From: Clostridium sp. CAG:571
GTDB taxonomy: Bacteria > Bacillota > Clostridia > TANB77 > CAG-508
DNA length: 64,000 bases
Reading direction: 5' to 3'
NCBI GenBank assembly: GCA_000434015.1
Contig: HF999505.1
Span: 31,585-95,584, forward strand
Position 1 is the stretch's first letter, and the number at the start of each line of letters is the position of its first letter. Positions 10,741-21,889 of the stretch are shown here, in pieces. The notes under the pieces were generated by a model that was not told the origin of the DNA, made no database searches, and saw nothing but the letters and a program-made list of their open reading frames with translations. Made by a program: the position numbers and the translations under genes.

Positions 10741-11037
10741 ATGATTTGCAAAAAGGATATTACAGATCTAAAGACAGATATAGGGGAAATGATAGGACAA
10801 AAAATAGTTGTTAGAGGTTCTCTAGGAAGGAGTAAATCGTTTGAAAAAGAAGCTACAATAGAAAAAGCATATCCAAATCTTTTTGTAATTAAGTATAATG
10901 AAAATAATAGAAATGTAACTTATAGTTATACAGATGTACTAACAAGAACTGTAGAAATAGATGTTATTGATGGAAATGTAGCAACACCATTGATACCACC
11001 ACAAGTTGAAGAATTAAAAAAAGTAAAAAATTTATAA
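10741..11037 (+). CDS. veg: Veg family protein
   Basis: GQKIVVRGSLGRSKSFEKEATIEKAYPNLFVIKY..VTYSYTDVLTRTVEI matches Veg. Confidence 0.85.
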   Translation: MICKKDITDLKTDIGEMIGQKIVVRGSLGRSKSFEKEATIEKAYPNLFVIKYNENNRNVTYSYTDVLTRTVEIDVIDGNVATPLIPPQVEELKKVKNL

Positions 11038-11128
11038 TAATATAAAAAAACAAAAATTCCTATTTTATAGGAATTTTTTTTTGTCTGATTAATATAATTA
11101 AATAACAAAATAAGAAGGGAGAGTAAAT

Positions 11129-12683
11129 ATGAATATAGAAACTAAAAAAGATAAGTTATGCATTAATCAGATTATAGGAACAAAAAATGAATCTTTTGAA
11201 GTTGAAGGAGATGCGATTATTCCAGATATAAAACCTGATATTTTAAAAGTAATAAATACTAGTGGAAATGTTTGTATCTATAAAAAGGAAGTTCTTGATG
11301 GAAAAGTAAGAATAGATGGTTGTATTAATGTGAATATGATGTATTTAGCCGATAATGAAGAAGGAAATGTAAGAGGATTGACGTCTACTATTGATTTTAC
11401 AAAGGTTATTGAAATAAAAGAGGCAAAATCAGAAATGTTATTAGAATGTAAATTTGTATTAAAAGAAATTGAATGTAAAATTTTAAATGGTAGAAAGGTA
11501 AGTTTTAAAAGTTTATTAGATGTAAATATAAAAGTTTCTTCGAATGAAGAAGTGGAATTTATAGAGGCTATTTCAAAAGTAGAAGATATTCAAATATTAA
11601 ATAAAAATTTTAATATTAATTCTTTAGTTGGAAGTCGGTATTACAAAAGTTTTGGCCAAGGATACTGTTGTAATTGATGGAATTGATAATTTAGCAGAAA
11701 TAATGAAAACAAGTGTAGACATTGTAAACGTAGAAAGTAAAATTAGTTATAATAAAGTATTAGCAAAAGCAGATGTAATAATAAAAATTATGTATTTAAC
11801 TGAAGATAATAGAATTAATACAGTGGAGAGTAAAATTCCTGTTATGGGATTTGTTGATATAGCTAATGTTACAGATGAAAATATTTGTAATATAAAAAAT
11901 GAGTTGAAAAATTTAGTTATAAAACCAAATAATGTTGAAGAGCATTCAATATATGTAGAAGCAGAGATAGAGTTTAATTTGTTTGTATATCAAAATAAAT
12001 CACTCGAACTTATACAGGATTTATATAGTCCAAGTATGAGTTTAAATGCAAATTGTAAAAAAGTAAATACAATGCAAGAAAAAAAGGTTATAAAAGATAT
12101 TTGTAATATTAGAGAAAAGCAAGTAATACCAGAAATTAGAAATGAAAAGATATATGATGTTGATGTAAATGTAGAAATAAAAAAACAAAATATTTTAAGT
12201 GATAGAATTATATTTGAAGGTGAGATTAATGTAAGATTTATTTATTCGAATACACAAGAAAATAGTATAAATACTAAAAAAATAGTTATACCATTTAATC
12301 ATAATATGAATTGTGAGGGAATAAATCAAAATACTAAAGTTCAAGTTCAAGTTGAAGTTAGTAGTAAAGATGTTATTATAATGCCTGATGAAAGTGCTGA
12401 AATGAAAATAGATTTGAATTTGTTAGTAGATATATTTAAAAATACAGAAATGAATGTAATAACAGATTTGAATGTTGAAGAAAATAGAGAAATAGATAAT
12501 TATAGTATAATAATTTATTTTGTTAAACCAGGTGATACTTTATGGAAAATAGCAAAAAAATTTAGAAGTACTGTTGAAAATATTGTTAAAATTAATGAAA
12601 TAGAGGATGAAAATAAAATATATGTTGGTCAACAATTATTTATTCCGAGATATGTAGCAAATAAAGTTAATGCATCAGTTTAA
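11129..12683 (+). CDS. DUF3794/SPOCS-repeat protein with C-terminal LysM (SipL/SpoVID-like coat morphogenetic protein), frame interrupted by extra C at 11636
   Basis: The ORF-track pieces 11129..11677 and 11628..12683 join as ..NINSLVGS-GITKVLAKDTVVIDG.. when C11636 is skipped. The C-terminal LysM is YFVKPGDTLWKIAKKF..NKIYVGQQLFIP. The yabG-veg-sipL order is as I recall it for Clostridioides. Confidence 0.7.
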
Positions 12684-12698
12684 TTTGAGGAAAGATAA

Positions 12699-13415
12699 AT
12701 GGATAAGATTTATTCTAGAAAAAGGATAAGATTGCCAAAAATAAAGTATAATAATGAATATAAAAAAAATAATTCTAGAAATAAAAAAATGTTAACAGTA
12801 ATAGTTATATTTTTAATAGCATTTTTGGTGGCATCTGGGATAATTAGAAGTATTGAGCCAGTTATAAATAAACAGTGCGTGTATTATGCTAAAAGTATTG
12901 CAACTAAAGTATCTAATGAGCAAGCTACTGCTGTTATGGCAAATTATAAATATCAAGATTTGTGTAGTATAGAAAAGGATGAGAGTGGAAATATAAAAGT
13001 AATAAAGTCAAATATAATACCTGTAAATGAAATTACATCAGATATAGCAATAAAAATTCAAGATGAATTTGATAAGACACAAAATGGAGATGTTTTTGTT
13101 AGGTTAGGAACTTTAACAGGAAGTAAGTTACTATCAGGAAGAGGACCAAAAGTTAAATTTAAAATTGTTACAAATGGAAATGTAGAAACAGATTTAAAAT
13201 CAGAATTTACTTCTGCTGGAATAAATCAAACATTACATAGAATCTACTTAAATGTAACATGTAAAGTAGTAATATTAACACCGTTTAATAGTGTTGAAGA
13301 AGAAATAAAAAATCAAGTTTTGCTTGCAGAAGCAGTAATTGTTGGAAATATTCCTAATACTTATTATAATTTAGAGGGATTAGAGAAAAATGATACTCTT
13401 GAAATAGTAGAGTAA
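12699..13415 (+). CDS. yunB: sporulation protein YunB
   Basis: About 238 aa with a basic N-terminus, one TM and a YunB-like core (TSDIAIKIQ..GTLTGSKLLSGRGPKVKFKI..). Confidence 0.6.
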   Translation: MDKIYSRKRIRLPKIKYNNEYKKNNSRNKKMLTVIVIFLIAFLVASGIIRSIEPVINKQCVYYAKSIATKVSNEQATAVMANYKYQDLCSIEKDESGNIKVIKSNIIPVNEITSDIAIKIQDEFDKTQNGDVFVRLGTLTGSKLLSGRGPKVKFKIVTNGNVETDLKSEFTSAGINQTLHRIYLNVTCKVVILTPFNSVEEEIKNQVLLAEAVIVGNIPNTYYNLEGLEKNDTLEIVE

Positions 13416-13615
13416 AAATATATAGTTATGGAAAAAGATAATTATTATTTAGTAAAAATGATAGTTATCTTTTGTTTTTTTAGAGAAATAACAGAGAGGC
13501 TTTTTTTTAGTTGGTTTTATTATTTAAAAATTTATGAACAATATCATTGCAGATTAACATAAAATGTGATATAATTATGCGTATATTAATACTTATAAAT
13601 AGGAAAGGAGAGATT

Positions 13616-14146
13616 ATGCCAGGATTTATAATACATTTAGCGACGGCTAATGAATATATAAGAAAGTATCCTAAAGATATAAAAAATAAAAATGACTTTT
13701 TGGAAGGAAGTATAGCTCCAGATTTAACAACAAAAGAGGGAAAGAAAGAGACACATTATGGTCAAAGCAGTGCAGAAGTAGAATTAAGAAAATATCTTAT
13801 GTCTAATAGTGTTGAATCTGATTATGATAAAGGATATTTTTTACATTTAGTAACAGATTATCTGTTTTATAATAAATTGTTAGAAATTACATCAAAAGAT
13901 ATATATAATGATTATGATATTTTAAATAGTATATTAATAGAAAAGTATAATGTAAAAATATTAGAAAAAATAAAGGATAAAGTATTTTTTAAAGATGGAG
14001 ATACCAAAATTTTAAATAAAGAATTAGCAGAAAAAACAATAGAGCTATCTTCAGATAATTTATTAGAAAAAATAAAAAAAGAAATTTTAGATACTGAATA
14101 TACTGAGAAGTGGGATAAAATAAGAAAATTAAAAAGATTAGATTAG
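13616..14146 (+). CDS. hypothetical protein (possibly zinc-dependent phospholipase C-like fold)
   Basis: ATG 13616 lies behind aggaaaggagag and the protein starts MPGFIIHLATANEY. There is no firm family assignment. Confidence 0.4.
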   Translation: MPGFIIHLATANEYIRKYPKDIKNKNDFLEGSIAPDLTTKEGKKETHYGQSSAEVELRKYLMSNSVESDYDKGYFLHLVTDYLFYNKLLEITSKDIYNDYDILNSILIEKYNVKILEKIKDKVFFKDGDTKILNKELAEKTIELSSDNLLEKIKKEILDTEYTEKWDKIRKLKRLD

Positions 14147-14176
14147 TAAAATTAAATTATAAAAGGGGATTGTTAA

Positions 14177-14989
14177 ATGAGTCATAGAGGAAATTTGATA
14201 AATATTGGATCAAAAAAGATTTTTTTAGTAAGAGGAATATTTGATTATTTTGATAAGAAAAATTTTACAAGATTAATGGAAGAGTATAAAGATGCAAAAG
14301 AAAACAATGCAGAACTTTATGTGGGATTGTATTCAGATGATATTTTAAAGCAAGTAGGACATACAAGAAAATTGCACGGATTAGTAAGTGATGAAGATAG
14401 AGTTGCAATGCTAGAAGCAATTGATTTTGTTGATGGAGCATTTATAATTGATTCTACAAAAACAAAAGATATAGAAGAAAAATTAAAAGCTAAGTTGTTT
14501 GAACAAATGGTAGATAAAGAGAATGAAACACAAGCTGTAGAGAAAAAATATAAGATAGGATATGCATCTGGTGCATTTAGTAACTTACATAAGGGACATA
14601 TAGAACATTTGAGAGATATGAGTAGCCAATGTCAAACTGTAATTGTTGCAGCAAACTCAGATAGATTAATACGAGAGTATAAGCATAAAAATGTAACAGT
14701 GGATGAGGAAACAAGAAGATTAATTTTATCACATATAAAATATGTTGATATGGCAATAATAACAGATGAATATGATAAGTTAAAGGCAATATCAACTGTA
14801 AGAGACTTATGTGGAAAATCATTTGATGCAATATTTGTTGGAAGTGACTGGAAAGGTGATCCTAATTGGAAAAAATTTGAAGGAGAATTAAATAAAATGG
14901 GAATAGATGTAGTTTTTACAGATAGACCTGAAAATGGGATTTCTACTACTAAAATAGATAAAACTAAAGTGAAACAAAAAGAAATTTAA
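14177..14989 (+). CDS. cytidylyltransferase-like (nucleotidyltransferase) family protein, two tandem domains
   Basis: The second half has GYASGAFSNLHKGHIEHL (HxGH) and SDW..ISTTKI. The first half is a degenerate copy without HxGH. Confidence 0.6.
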   Translation: MSHRGNLINIGSKKIFLVRGIFDYFDKKNFTRLMEEYKDAKENNAELYVGLYSDDILKQVGHTRKLHGLVSDEDRVAMLEAIDFVDGAFIIDSTKTKDIEEKLKAKLFEQMVDKENETQAVEKKYKIGYASGAFSNLHKGHIEHLRDMSSQCQTVIVAANSDRLIREYKHKNVTVDEETRRLILSHIKYVDMAIITDEYDKLKAISTVRDLCGKSFDAIFVGSDWKGDPNWKKFEGELNKMGIDVVFTDRPENGISTTKIDKTKVKQKEI

Positions 14990-15033
14990 AAACAAATAAA
15001 AAGAAGCATAGTAAAATGCTTCTTTTTTGTACT

Positions 15034-15441
15034 TTATCTCTTTGAGAATTGAGGTGCTTTTCTAGCTTTTTTAAGACCGTATTTTTTTCTTTCTTTCATT
15101 CTTGGATCTCTTGTTAGGAATCCATTAGATTTTAGAGCTGGTCTGTATTCTTCATTAGCTTCTAATAAAGCTCTTGAAATACCATGACGGATAGCTCCTG
15201 CTTGACCTGTAAATCCACCACCAATTACTTTACAAATAACATCATATTTATCTAATGTGTTAGTTGCTGTTAATGGTTGTTTAACAATAACTTTTAAAGT
15301 TTCTGCTCCGAAATATTCATCTATATTTCTTCCATTAATTGTTATAACTCCAGAACCTTCAACTAATCTAACTCTAGCAATTGATTTTTTTCTTCTTCCT
15401 GTACCATAGAACATTATTTTTTCTGATTTTGCTTTAGGCAT
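15034..15441 (-). CDS. rpsI: 30S ribosomal protein S9
   Basis: [15 protein letters not shown]...[25 protein letters not shown]. Confidence 0.95.
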   Translation of the reverse strand: MPKAKSEKIMFYGTGRRKKSIARVRLVEGSGVITINGRNIDEYFGAETLKVIVKQPLTATNTLDKYDVICKVIGGGFTGQAGAIRHGISRALLEANEEYRPALKSNGFLTRDPRMKERKKYGLKKARKAPQFSKR

Positions 15442-15468
15442 TTTATATTTCCTCCCTTAAACTTTTTT

Positions 15469-15903
15469 TTAGAAATTCCAAATTTCTGGTTTTTGTGCGA
15501 TGTTTTCATGTTCGCTACCAGCATAAACTCTTAATTTTTTGATCATTTGTCTTCCTAAAGTGTTTTTAGGAAGCATTCCTTTTATAGCAAGTGTCATTGC
15601 TTTTCCAGAATCTTTATTTAACATTTCTCTAGCAGTAGTTTCTTTCATACCACCAATGTATCCAGAGTGATGTCTATAAATTTTTTGATCTAATTTTTTT
15701 CCTGTTAAAACAACTTGATCACAGTTTAATATAATTACATGATCACCAGCATCCATATTAGGAGTATAAGTTGGTTTGTGTTTTCCTCTTAGTAATTTAG
15801 CAGCTTCTGTTGCTACTCTACCTAATGGTTTGTTTGCGGCATCAATAATATACCATTTTCTTTCGATTTCATTTTTCTTTAAACTATATGTAGTGTTATT
15901 CAT
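15469..15903 (-). CDS. rplM: 50S ribosomal protein L13
   Basis: [36 protein letters not shown] prefer ATG 15903 behind ggaggg over the ORF-track start 15927. Confidence 0.95.
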   Translation of the reverse strand: MNNTTYSLKKNEIERKWYIIDAANKPLGRVATEAAKLLRGKHKPTYTPNMDAGDHVIILNCDQVVLTGKKLDQKIYRHHSGYIGGMKETTAREMLNKDSGKAMTLAIKGMLPKNTLGRQMIKKLRVYAGSEHENIAQKPEIWNF

Positions 15904-16405
15904 GGTAAAAAATACCCTCCATTTCATATTTAAAATTTATTATATTTATATGAAACCTCGTAAAAACCACCGGGGAGAAGTTTTTATTTTGGTCATATTA
16001 CAAATTCATTGCTTTTCTATTTTATTACAGAAACAGCCAAAAGTCAAGCAAAATTTAACAATCTTTTACTTTTACAATTTAAAAATAATAAATTTTAGTA
16101 ATATTGTTAAATGAAAAAAACATTTTAAAGAATGAAATTTATTTATTAATGTTTGGAATTTGACAAAAATGTAGATGTTTTTTTATAGTTACATACAAAA
16201 TTAAAGTTATATTATTTGTAATAAACTTAGTAAAAAGGTAAAAAGTTAAGAAATAATAGAAATATAAAGATAAATTAAAGTAGTTGTAAAAGAAATACTT
16301 ATATTTGACACATAATTATTAAATATATTAAAATTAGATTAGTTAAAGTAAAAAAGTATAAAAAGTATAATCTTGTTTTAGGTATAAAGTGTAAGGGGAA
16401 GTAAT

Positions 16406-17299
16406 ATGGAAAATTTGAAAAGTAAAAATGCTGAGCTTGGAAGGATTTTTAAAGAATTTAAAGAAAATGACATGAGTTCATATGATTTTTTTTATAAAGA
16501 ATATTATTCTTTGATTTATGGAATTGTATTTTCTATATTAAAAAATAAAGAAAATTCAGAAGATGTTGTGCAAAATGTTTTAATTAAGATATTTAGTTTG
16601 GATAAAAGTAAATTTCCGGATAGGGGAAGTTTGTCTTGGTTATATACGGTTAGTAAAAATGAAGCTTTAAATTATTTAAGGAAAAATAAACAGTTTGTTA
16701 ATATTGAAGAAATATATGAAATAAAAGAAGAAACGGATGAAATTGAAAAGATAATAGATGTGCATACGTATAATAAAATAATTAATGGACTAAATGAAAA
16801 GGAAAAGGAGATTGTATCTTTAAAAATATTGTCAAATTTTACATTTAAAAAAATTGGACAACTATTAAAAATGCCAACAGCTACTGTACAATGGAAATAC
16901 TATAAAGCAGTAGATTCATTAAAAATTTCATTAGGAAATTTAGCTATGTTTATGATTACTTTCATTGTTTTAGTAGTAAAAAATAAGATATTAACAAACA
17001 AAGATAGTAATAGTATTCAGGAAAATAATCAAATTGAAATTAATGAAAAAGAAAGCAATGTAAGAGAAAATGAAAGTTTAAAAGCGACCTCAAGTGCAGA
17101 AACGTTTGAGTGTATAGTGCCGGCTGAATCATCTGAATCATCTATAGAAATTGATAAAGAGGAAAATATAACAGATGGCGTGTTAATCAGTTTTTGTGGG
17201 ATATTTTTAATGTTTTTTATAATTTTTTCAATTTTTTTCAAAAATCGCCAACAAAAAAGAAGAAAAAAACGTCTAAATAATGTAAATATAAAAAAATAA
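16406..17299 (+). CDS. ECF-type sigma-70 family factor fused to a C-terminal two-TM membrane anchor
   Basis: Region 2 (DVVQNVLIKIF, SWLYTVSKNEALNYLRK) and region 4 (EKEIVSLKILSNFTFKKIGQLLKMPTATVQWKYYKAV) are followed by TM LAMFMITFIVLVV, an acidic/Ser linker, TM GVLISFCGIFLMFFIIFSIFF and a basic tail. Confidence 0.7.
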   Translation: MENLKSKNAELGRIFKEFKENDMSSYDFFYKEYYSLIYGIVFSILKNKENSEDVVQNVLIKIFSLDKSKFPDRGSLSWLYTVSKNEALNYLRKNKQFVNIEEIYEIKEETDEIEKIIDVHTYNKIINGLNEKEKEIVSLKILSNFTFKKIGQLLKMPTATVQWKYYKAVDSLKISLGNLAMFMITFIVLVVKNKILTNKDSNSIQENNQIEINEKESNVRENESLKATSSAETFECIVPAESSESSIEIDKEENITDGVLISFCGIFLMFFIIFSIFFKNRQQKRRKKRLNNVNIKK

Positions 17300-17323
17300 A
17301 AATATTTAGGGGGAATAAAGTAT

Positions 17324-19066
17324 ATGAGTAAAAAAGTAAAAATTTTAATTGGAGTAATAGCTATATTAATAATTATTAGTATATTTATAGTAAGTTTTTG
17401 CTTAATAAACTTTAATAAAACAGAAAAAACAGCAAAAATAGACGATTGGGTATATAATAAAAATGATGAAATTGATAGTTATATTTCAAGTAGTGGAAGT
17501 TCAGTATTTAGTGTACCAACAGCAGCAGAGTCAAGTTTAAGTAGTAGTAGTAAATTTAGTGATAGTAATATAGGCTTTTCTGTAGGAGGATCAAAAAACG
17601 TAAATAATTTTAGAGAAAATATAAAAAATGGATATTTTCCAATTTCAACAGATATTACATATAATGGCTTGTTTTATGATTATTATTTCGAAACTGGAGA
17701 CAAAAAAACAAGTGAAGAAATGTTTTATCCATCATATTCTACAGCCGTATCAAAAGATCCAATTTCATCAAATAGTGAATATTATATGACAGTAGGATTA
17801 AATTCTAATATAAAACAAAGTGATTTTAAACGTAAAAAACAAAATATAGTTGTTTTATTAGATATATCTGGCTCTATGGAATCTAGTTTAAATTCTTACT
17901 ATTATGATAACAGTTTACTTTCTAAATTTATGGATAATAAAAGTAAAATGCAACTTGCTAATGAATCTGTTAATTTAATGATTGATGAATTAAAAGATGA
18001 TGATAGATTAGCAATGGTATTATTTGATGATGATGCATATTTAGCTAAAAATTTTAATTTGATAAAAGATACTGATATATCTAAGTTAAAGAATCATATA
18101 TTAGAAATAGAGGCTTGTGGTGGTACAAACTTTGAAAAGGGATATAAAAAGGCTACAGAATTATTTAGTAATGAATTATTAGATGATAAAGAATATGATA
18201 ATAGAATAATTGTAATTACAGATGCTATGCCAAATATGGGAACAACTAATAAAAGTGAATTATCAAAATACATAGAATCTAATTCGGGAAAAGGAATATA
18301 TACGAGTTTTATAGGTGTAGGAGTAGATTTTAATACAGAAGTTATAGAAAGTCTTTCGAATGTTAAAGGGGCTAATTATTATTCAATTAGTAGTAGTAAA
18401 CAATTTAAAAAGATATTAGGTGAAGAATTTGATTATATGGTTACACCATTAGTGTTTGATTTGAATTTGAATTTTGAATCTGATGGGTATGAAATTGATA
18501 AAATATATGGAACAGACTCTCAAGATAAATCATATGGAAATATAATGAAAGTAAATACTCTATTTCCTTCAAATACTAATGAAGATTCAGAAGCTAAAGG
18601 TGGAGTGATATTATTAAAATTAAAAAAGAAAGAAAATAGTACAAATAATAAAATTAAGTTAAATGTTTCATATACAGATAGAGATGGAAATCAGCATACA
18701 AACTCACAAGTAGTGGAATTTAATAAAGATGATGAATATTATGAAAATACAGGAATTAGAAAAGCAATTTGCTTAACAAGATATGCGAATGTATTAAAAA
18801 ATTGGATTTTATATGAAAGAAGTAATGAAAATGATAAATTTTATATAGATGAAAACTTTGGAATAGTAGATTGTGAGTATAGTAAAGATGAGATAAGAAA
18901 ATTATTAGGTGAAAATGAGAGAACATCAGTAAAACTTACAGTAAGTGATAAATATAAAGATATATTTAAAAAGATAAAAGATTATTTAGAAAATGAGAAA
19001 AATGAAGTTAAAGATGAGAGTTTAAAACAAGAAACAGAATTGCTAGAAAAATTAATTAATAGTTAA
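17324..19066 (+). CDS. membrane-anchored von Willebrand factor type A (YfbK-like) protein
   Basis: N-terminal TM, then VNNFRENIKNGYFPISTDITYNGLFYDYYF (a vWF N-terminal module as in YfbK). MIDAS-like VLLDISGSM is followed by a VWA fold and a C-terminal extension. Confidence 0.7.
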   Translation: MSKKVKILIGVIAILIIISIFIVSFCLINFNKTEKTAKIDDWVYNKNDEIDSYISSSGSSVFSVPTAAESSLSSSSKFSDSNIGFSVGGSKNVNNFRENIKNGYFPISTDITYNGLFYDYYFETGDKKTSEEMFYPSYSTAVSKDPISSNSEYYMTVGLNSNIKQSDFKRKKQNIVVLLDISGSMESSLNSYYYDNSLLSKFMDNKSKMQLANESVNLMIDELKDDDRLAMVLFDDDAYLAKNFNLIKDTDISKLKNHILEIEACGGTNFEKGYKKATELFSNELLDDKEYDNRIIVITDAMPNMGTTNKSELSKYIESNSGKGIYTSFIGVGVDFNTEVIESLSNVKGANYYSISSSKQFKKILGEEFDYMVTPLVFDLNLNFESDGYEIDKIYGTDSQDKSYGNIMKVNTLFPSNTNEDSEAKGGVILLKLKKKENSTNNKIKLNVSYTDRDGNQHTNSQVVEFNKDDEYYENTGIRKAICLTRYANVLKNWILYERSNENDKFYIDENFGIVDCEYSKDEIRKLLGENERTSVKLTVSDKYKDIFKKIKDYLENEKNEVKDESLKQETELLEKLINS

Positions 19067-19289
19067 TAAATTTTTCTAAAAGAATAAAAAGATAAATAAA
19101 GTGTGCCATTTAAAATTTACTAAGCCAAAAAGTTGGAAAGTATAAAAAAATGGCATACTTTTTTATTTAACCTAAAGTAAATAAAAAAGTTTTAAAGATT
19201 TCTTATTTATTTAGTTTATAAACAAGTAGATAAAATAAAAAGCGAAAAAGTATTGACAATTTTGTAAAAATATTGTATTATAATATAGT

Positions 19290-19458
19290 CAAAAAAGAAG
19301 AAGCTAAATCACTTCTCACCTTATCGTATTAGAAAAAGGTTAATAAATATATTTTTTATAGAATGTTATAATATTATTTTGTAATTTCTATTTAAGATTA
19401 ATAAATATTTATTATTATGAGAAGGGTTGGCAAATAAAAGTCAATCTTTTTTAATTTA
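19290..19458 (+). promoter_or_regulatory. possible L20 leader / attenuator of the infC-rpmI-rplT operon
   Basis: A long untranslated leader. The segment cttctcac pairs with gagaaggg, and a hairpin plus T-run ends just before infC. The family assignment comes from operon context only. Confidence 0.3.
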
Positions 19459-19473
19459 TTGGAGGTGTTTTTT

Positions 19474-19989
19474 ATAAAACAAGAGTTACCTATTAATGAG
19501 CAAATAAGAGCTAAAGAAGTTCAATTAATAGACGAAGAAGGGAAAAAAAATGGACCAATTTCATTAAAAGAAGCTCTAGATATTGCTTATGAAAAAAAAT
19601 TAGATTTAGTATTAGTTGCTCCAAATGCAGAACCACCAGTTTGTAAAATAATGAACTATGGTAAATATAAATTTGAGCAAGCTAAAAGAGAAAAAGAAGC
19701 AAGAAAAAAACAAAAAACATTTGAAACAAAAGAAATAAGAATTACACCTAATATTGAACAACATGATTTTGAATTTAAAGCTAAAAACGCTAGAAAATTC
19801 ATAGAAGATGGAAATAAAGTAAAAATAACTGTTAAATTTAGAGGAAGAGAACTAAATTATGTAAAATTAGGAGAGGAAACTTTAAATAAATTTATAGAAG
19901 AGTTATCTGATATTTCATCTCCAGAAAAAAAACCAATATTGGAAGGTAAAAATATGTTTATAATATTAGCTAAGAAAAATGAAAAATAA
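19474..19989 (+). CDS. infC: translation initiation factor IF-3 (non-canonical ATA start)
   Basis: INEQIRAKEVQLIDEEGKKNG...PPVCKIMNYGKYKFE. ggaggtg lies 7 nt upstream of ATA 19474, and there is no in-frame ATG nearby. Confidence 0.9.
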   Translation: MKQELPINEQIRAKEVQLIDEEGKKNGPISLKEALDIAYEKKLDLVLVAPNAEPPVCKIMNYGKYKFEQAKREKEARKKQKTFETKEIRITPNIEQHDFEFKAKNARKFIEDGNKVKITVKFRGRELNYVKLGEETLNKFIEELSDISSPEKKPILEGKNMFIILAKKNEK

Positions 19990-20092
19990 TCTTAGAGAAT
20001 ATTAATATATAGAAGGTCAGAAAAGTGGAATAATGACCAAAACAAAAAGTCCACACATTTTTAAGTAGAAATAGAGAGGAGTTTTGAGTACT

Positions 20093-20296
20093 ATGCCAAA
20101 ATTAAAAACAAATAAAGCAGCTAAAAAAAGATATAAGTATACTGCAACAGGAAAGGTTAAAAGAACAAAATCAAATAGAAGACATCTTTTAGCAAATAAA
20201 ACACCAAGAGCAAAAGCTAGAGGAAAAGTTCAAGATGCTTATGCTGATAAAACATGTGAAGCAGGAATTAAAAGATTATTACCATATGGTAACTAA
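20093..20296 (+). CDS. rpmI: 50S ribosomal protein L35
   Basis: MPKLKTNKAAKKRYKYTATGKVKRTKSNRRHL. ATG 20093 lies behind agaggag. Confidence 0.95.
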   Translation: MPKLKTNKAAKKRYKYTATGKVKRTKSNRRHLLANKTPRAKARGKVQDAYADKTCEAGIKRLLPYGN

Positions 20297-20326
20297 AAAA
20301 TAGAAAGAAGATAGGAGTGAAAATAA

Positions 20327-20677
20327 ATGGCAAGAGTTAAAACAGCGGTAATTACTCGTAAAAAACATAAAAAAATATTAAAAAGAGCGAAAGGATATTA
20401 TGGTGCAAAACACTATAGATTTAGAATGGCTAAACAAGCTGTTATGAAATCTGGAGCATATGCATATGCTGGAAGAAAAGATAAAAAGAGTAATTTCAGA
20501 AAATTATGGATAGCAAGAATTAATGCTGCTGCAAGACAAAATGGAATGACATATAGCAAAATGATAGCAGGATTAAAAAAAGCTAATGTTGTTGTAAATA
20601 GAAAAATGCTTGCAGAATTAGCTGTAACAGATGCTGAAGCTTTTTCAAAAATAGTAGAAATAGCAAAAAATGCATAA
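20327..20677 (+). CDS. rplT: 50S ribosomal protein L20
   Basis: [29 protein letters not shown]...[11 protein letters not shown]. Confidence 0.95.
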   Translation: MARVKTAVITRKKHKKILKRAKGYYGAKHYRFRMAKQAVMKSGAYAYAGRKDKKSNFRKLWIARINAAARQNGMTYSKMIAGLKKANVVVNRKMLAELAVTDAEAFSKIVEIAKNA

Positions 20678-20889
20678 TTGAAGTAAACTGGAAATTTGGA
20701 CTGGATTAGATTTAAACTAATTCAGTTTTTATTTATATAGAGATTAAAGTACTATACTACAATATAAAAATATGATAAAATAAAATTAGCACAAAAAACA
20801 AGTAAAATAAAAAAGAAGATAGTTTATTATTATATAGCTTATTGTATTTTCTATAAAAATAATTAATAAAAAGGTATAGGTGATGAAAT

Positions 20890-21784
20890 ATGGAAAAAAA
20901 CGAAACAAAAAGAAGTGAAGTTATAAAAAATTTTATGAAAAAAATAGATCCAAAGTGGTCTAATTTAAAAAAGGCAAGATATATATGTATTAATTTATGT
21001 GATACTTTATATTCATATTCTCCAGAATTCAATTATGAAGATGCCGATTTTAAAACTGATTATTTAGGAAAAATTATAAAAATATTTAGAAACAAGGATG
21101 AAAATGAATTTAAAGAATTAATAGAAAATGAAGATCAAATTTGTGTTGGATTAGGAAATATTTATGGAAGATTATTAGAACAAGCAGGTGTTCCTCGGAG
21201 TAGAAAAAATTGGAGGAGACGTTTTCTTTGAAATAGAGCCAGGAAGAAGTACAGTTGTTAAAATAGTAAAGGAATTATATAGAGTAAAAATGAAAGATAG
21301 ACCAGAAGGATTTCAACATGATGTATTAGATGATGTAGAAAAAATAGATAAAGAATTAGGTTTTATAGATGAACATGGATATAGGGACAAAGAAAATTAT
21401 AATGTAGAAGCTGCAAATGAACAGAGTAGTTTTGAATCAAGATTACAAAGAGTTTTAGATGATAGAGGAGAATATGTTAGTTCAGTAATTGGAAATAAAC
21501 TTAAAAATGTTGAACTACATAAATATTATAAGTATTTAATGAAGACAGCTTTTAGAGGAAAGAAAATAGATATAAAGCCTATTGATAAAAATTATTTAGA
21601 GGGAATTCAATATGTACTAATTGCAAGACAAAGTGATGAATGTCCAGAAGATATATGTTATTTGTATGATAAAGAACAAGGAAAATTTGTAAAAACAAGT
21701 ATGGAAGATATATTAGAGAAGAAAAAAAGAGAAGAACAAAAAGAAAAATCTGGGAAAGAAGGTATAGAATTAGATATAGACTAA
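20890..21784 (+). CDS. hypothetical protein, frame interrupted by extra C at 21196
   Basis: Pieces 20890..21231 and 21188..21784 join as ..RLLEQAGVP-GVEKIGGDVFFEIEPG.. when C21196 is skipped. No family recognised. Confidence 0.55.
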
Positions 21785-21889
21785 TTAATTTAGAATAAAT
21801 TTTAAAAATGGTAGGAATTAACAATTGGACGTAGAATAAGATAAATATCTAGGACAAATGATGCTAGCGTTTGAAAAAGAGGCGTTAAA

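Noticed and set aside
15928-16010. Possible ribosomal-protein (L13) leader upstream of rplM containing the GC-rich segment ccccggtgg.
   Set aside because: Only a short potential hairpin is visible. I cannot verify it against the covariance model without tools, so it is not reported as a feature.
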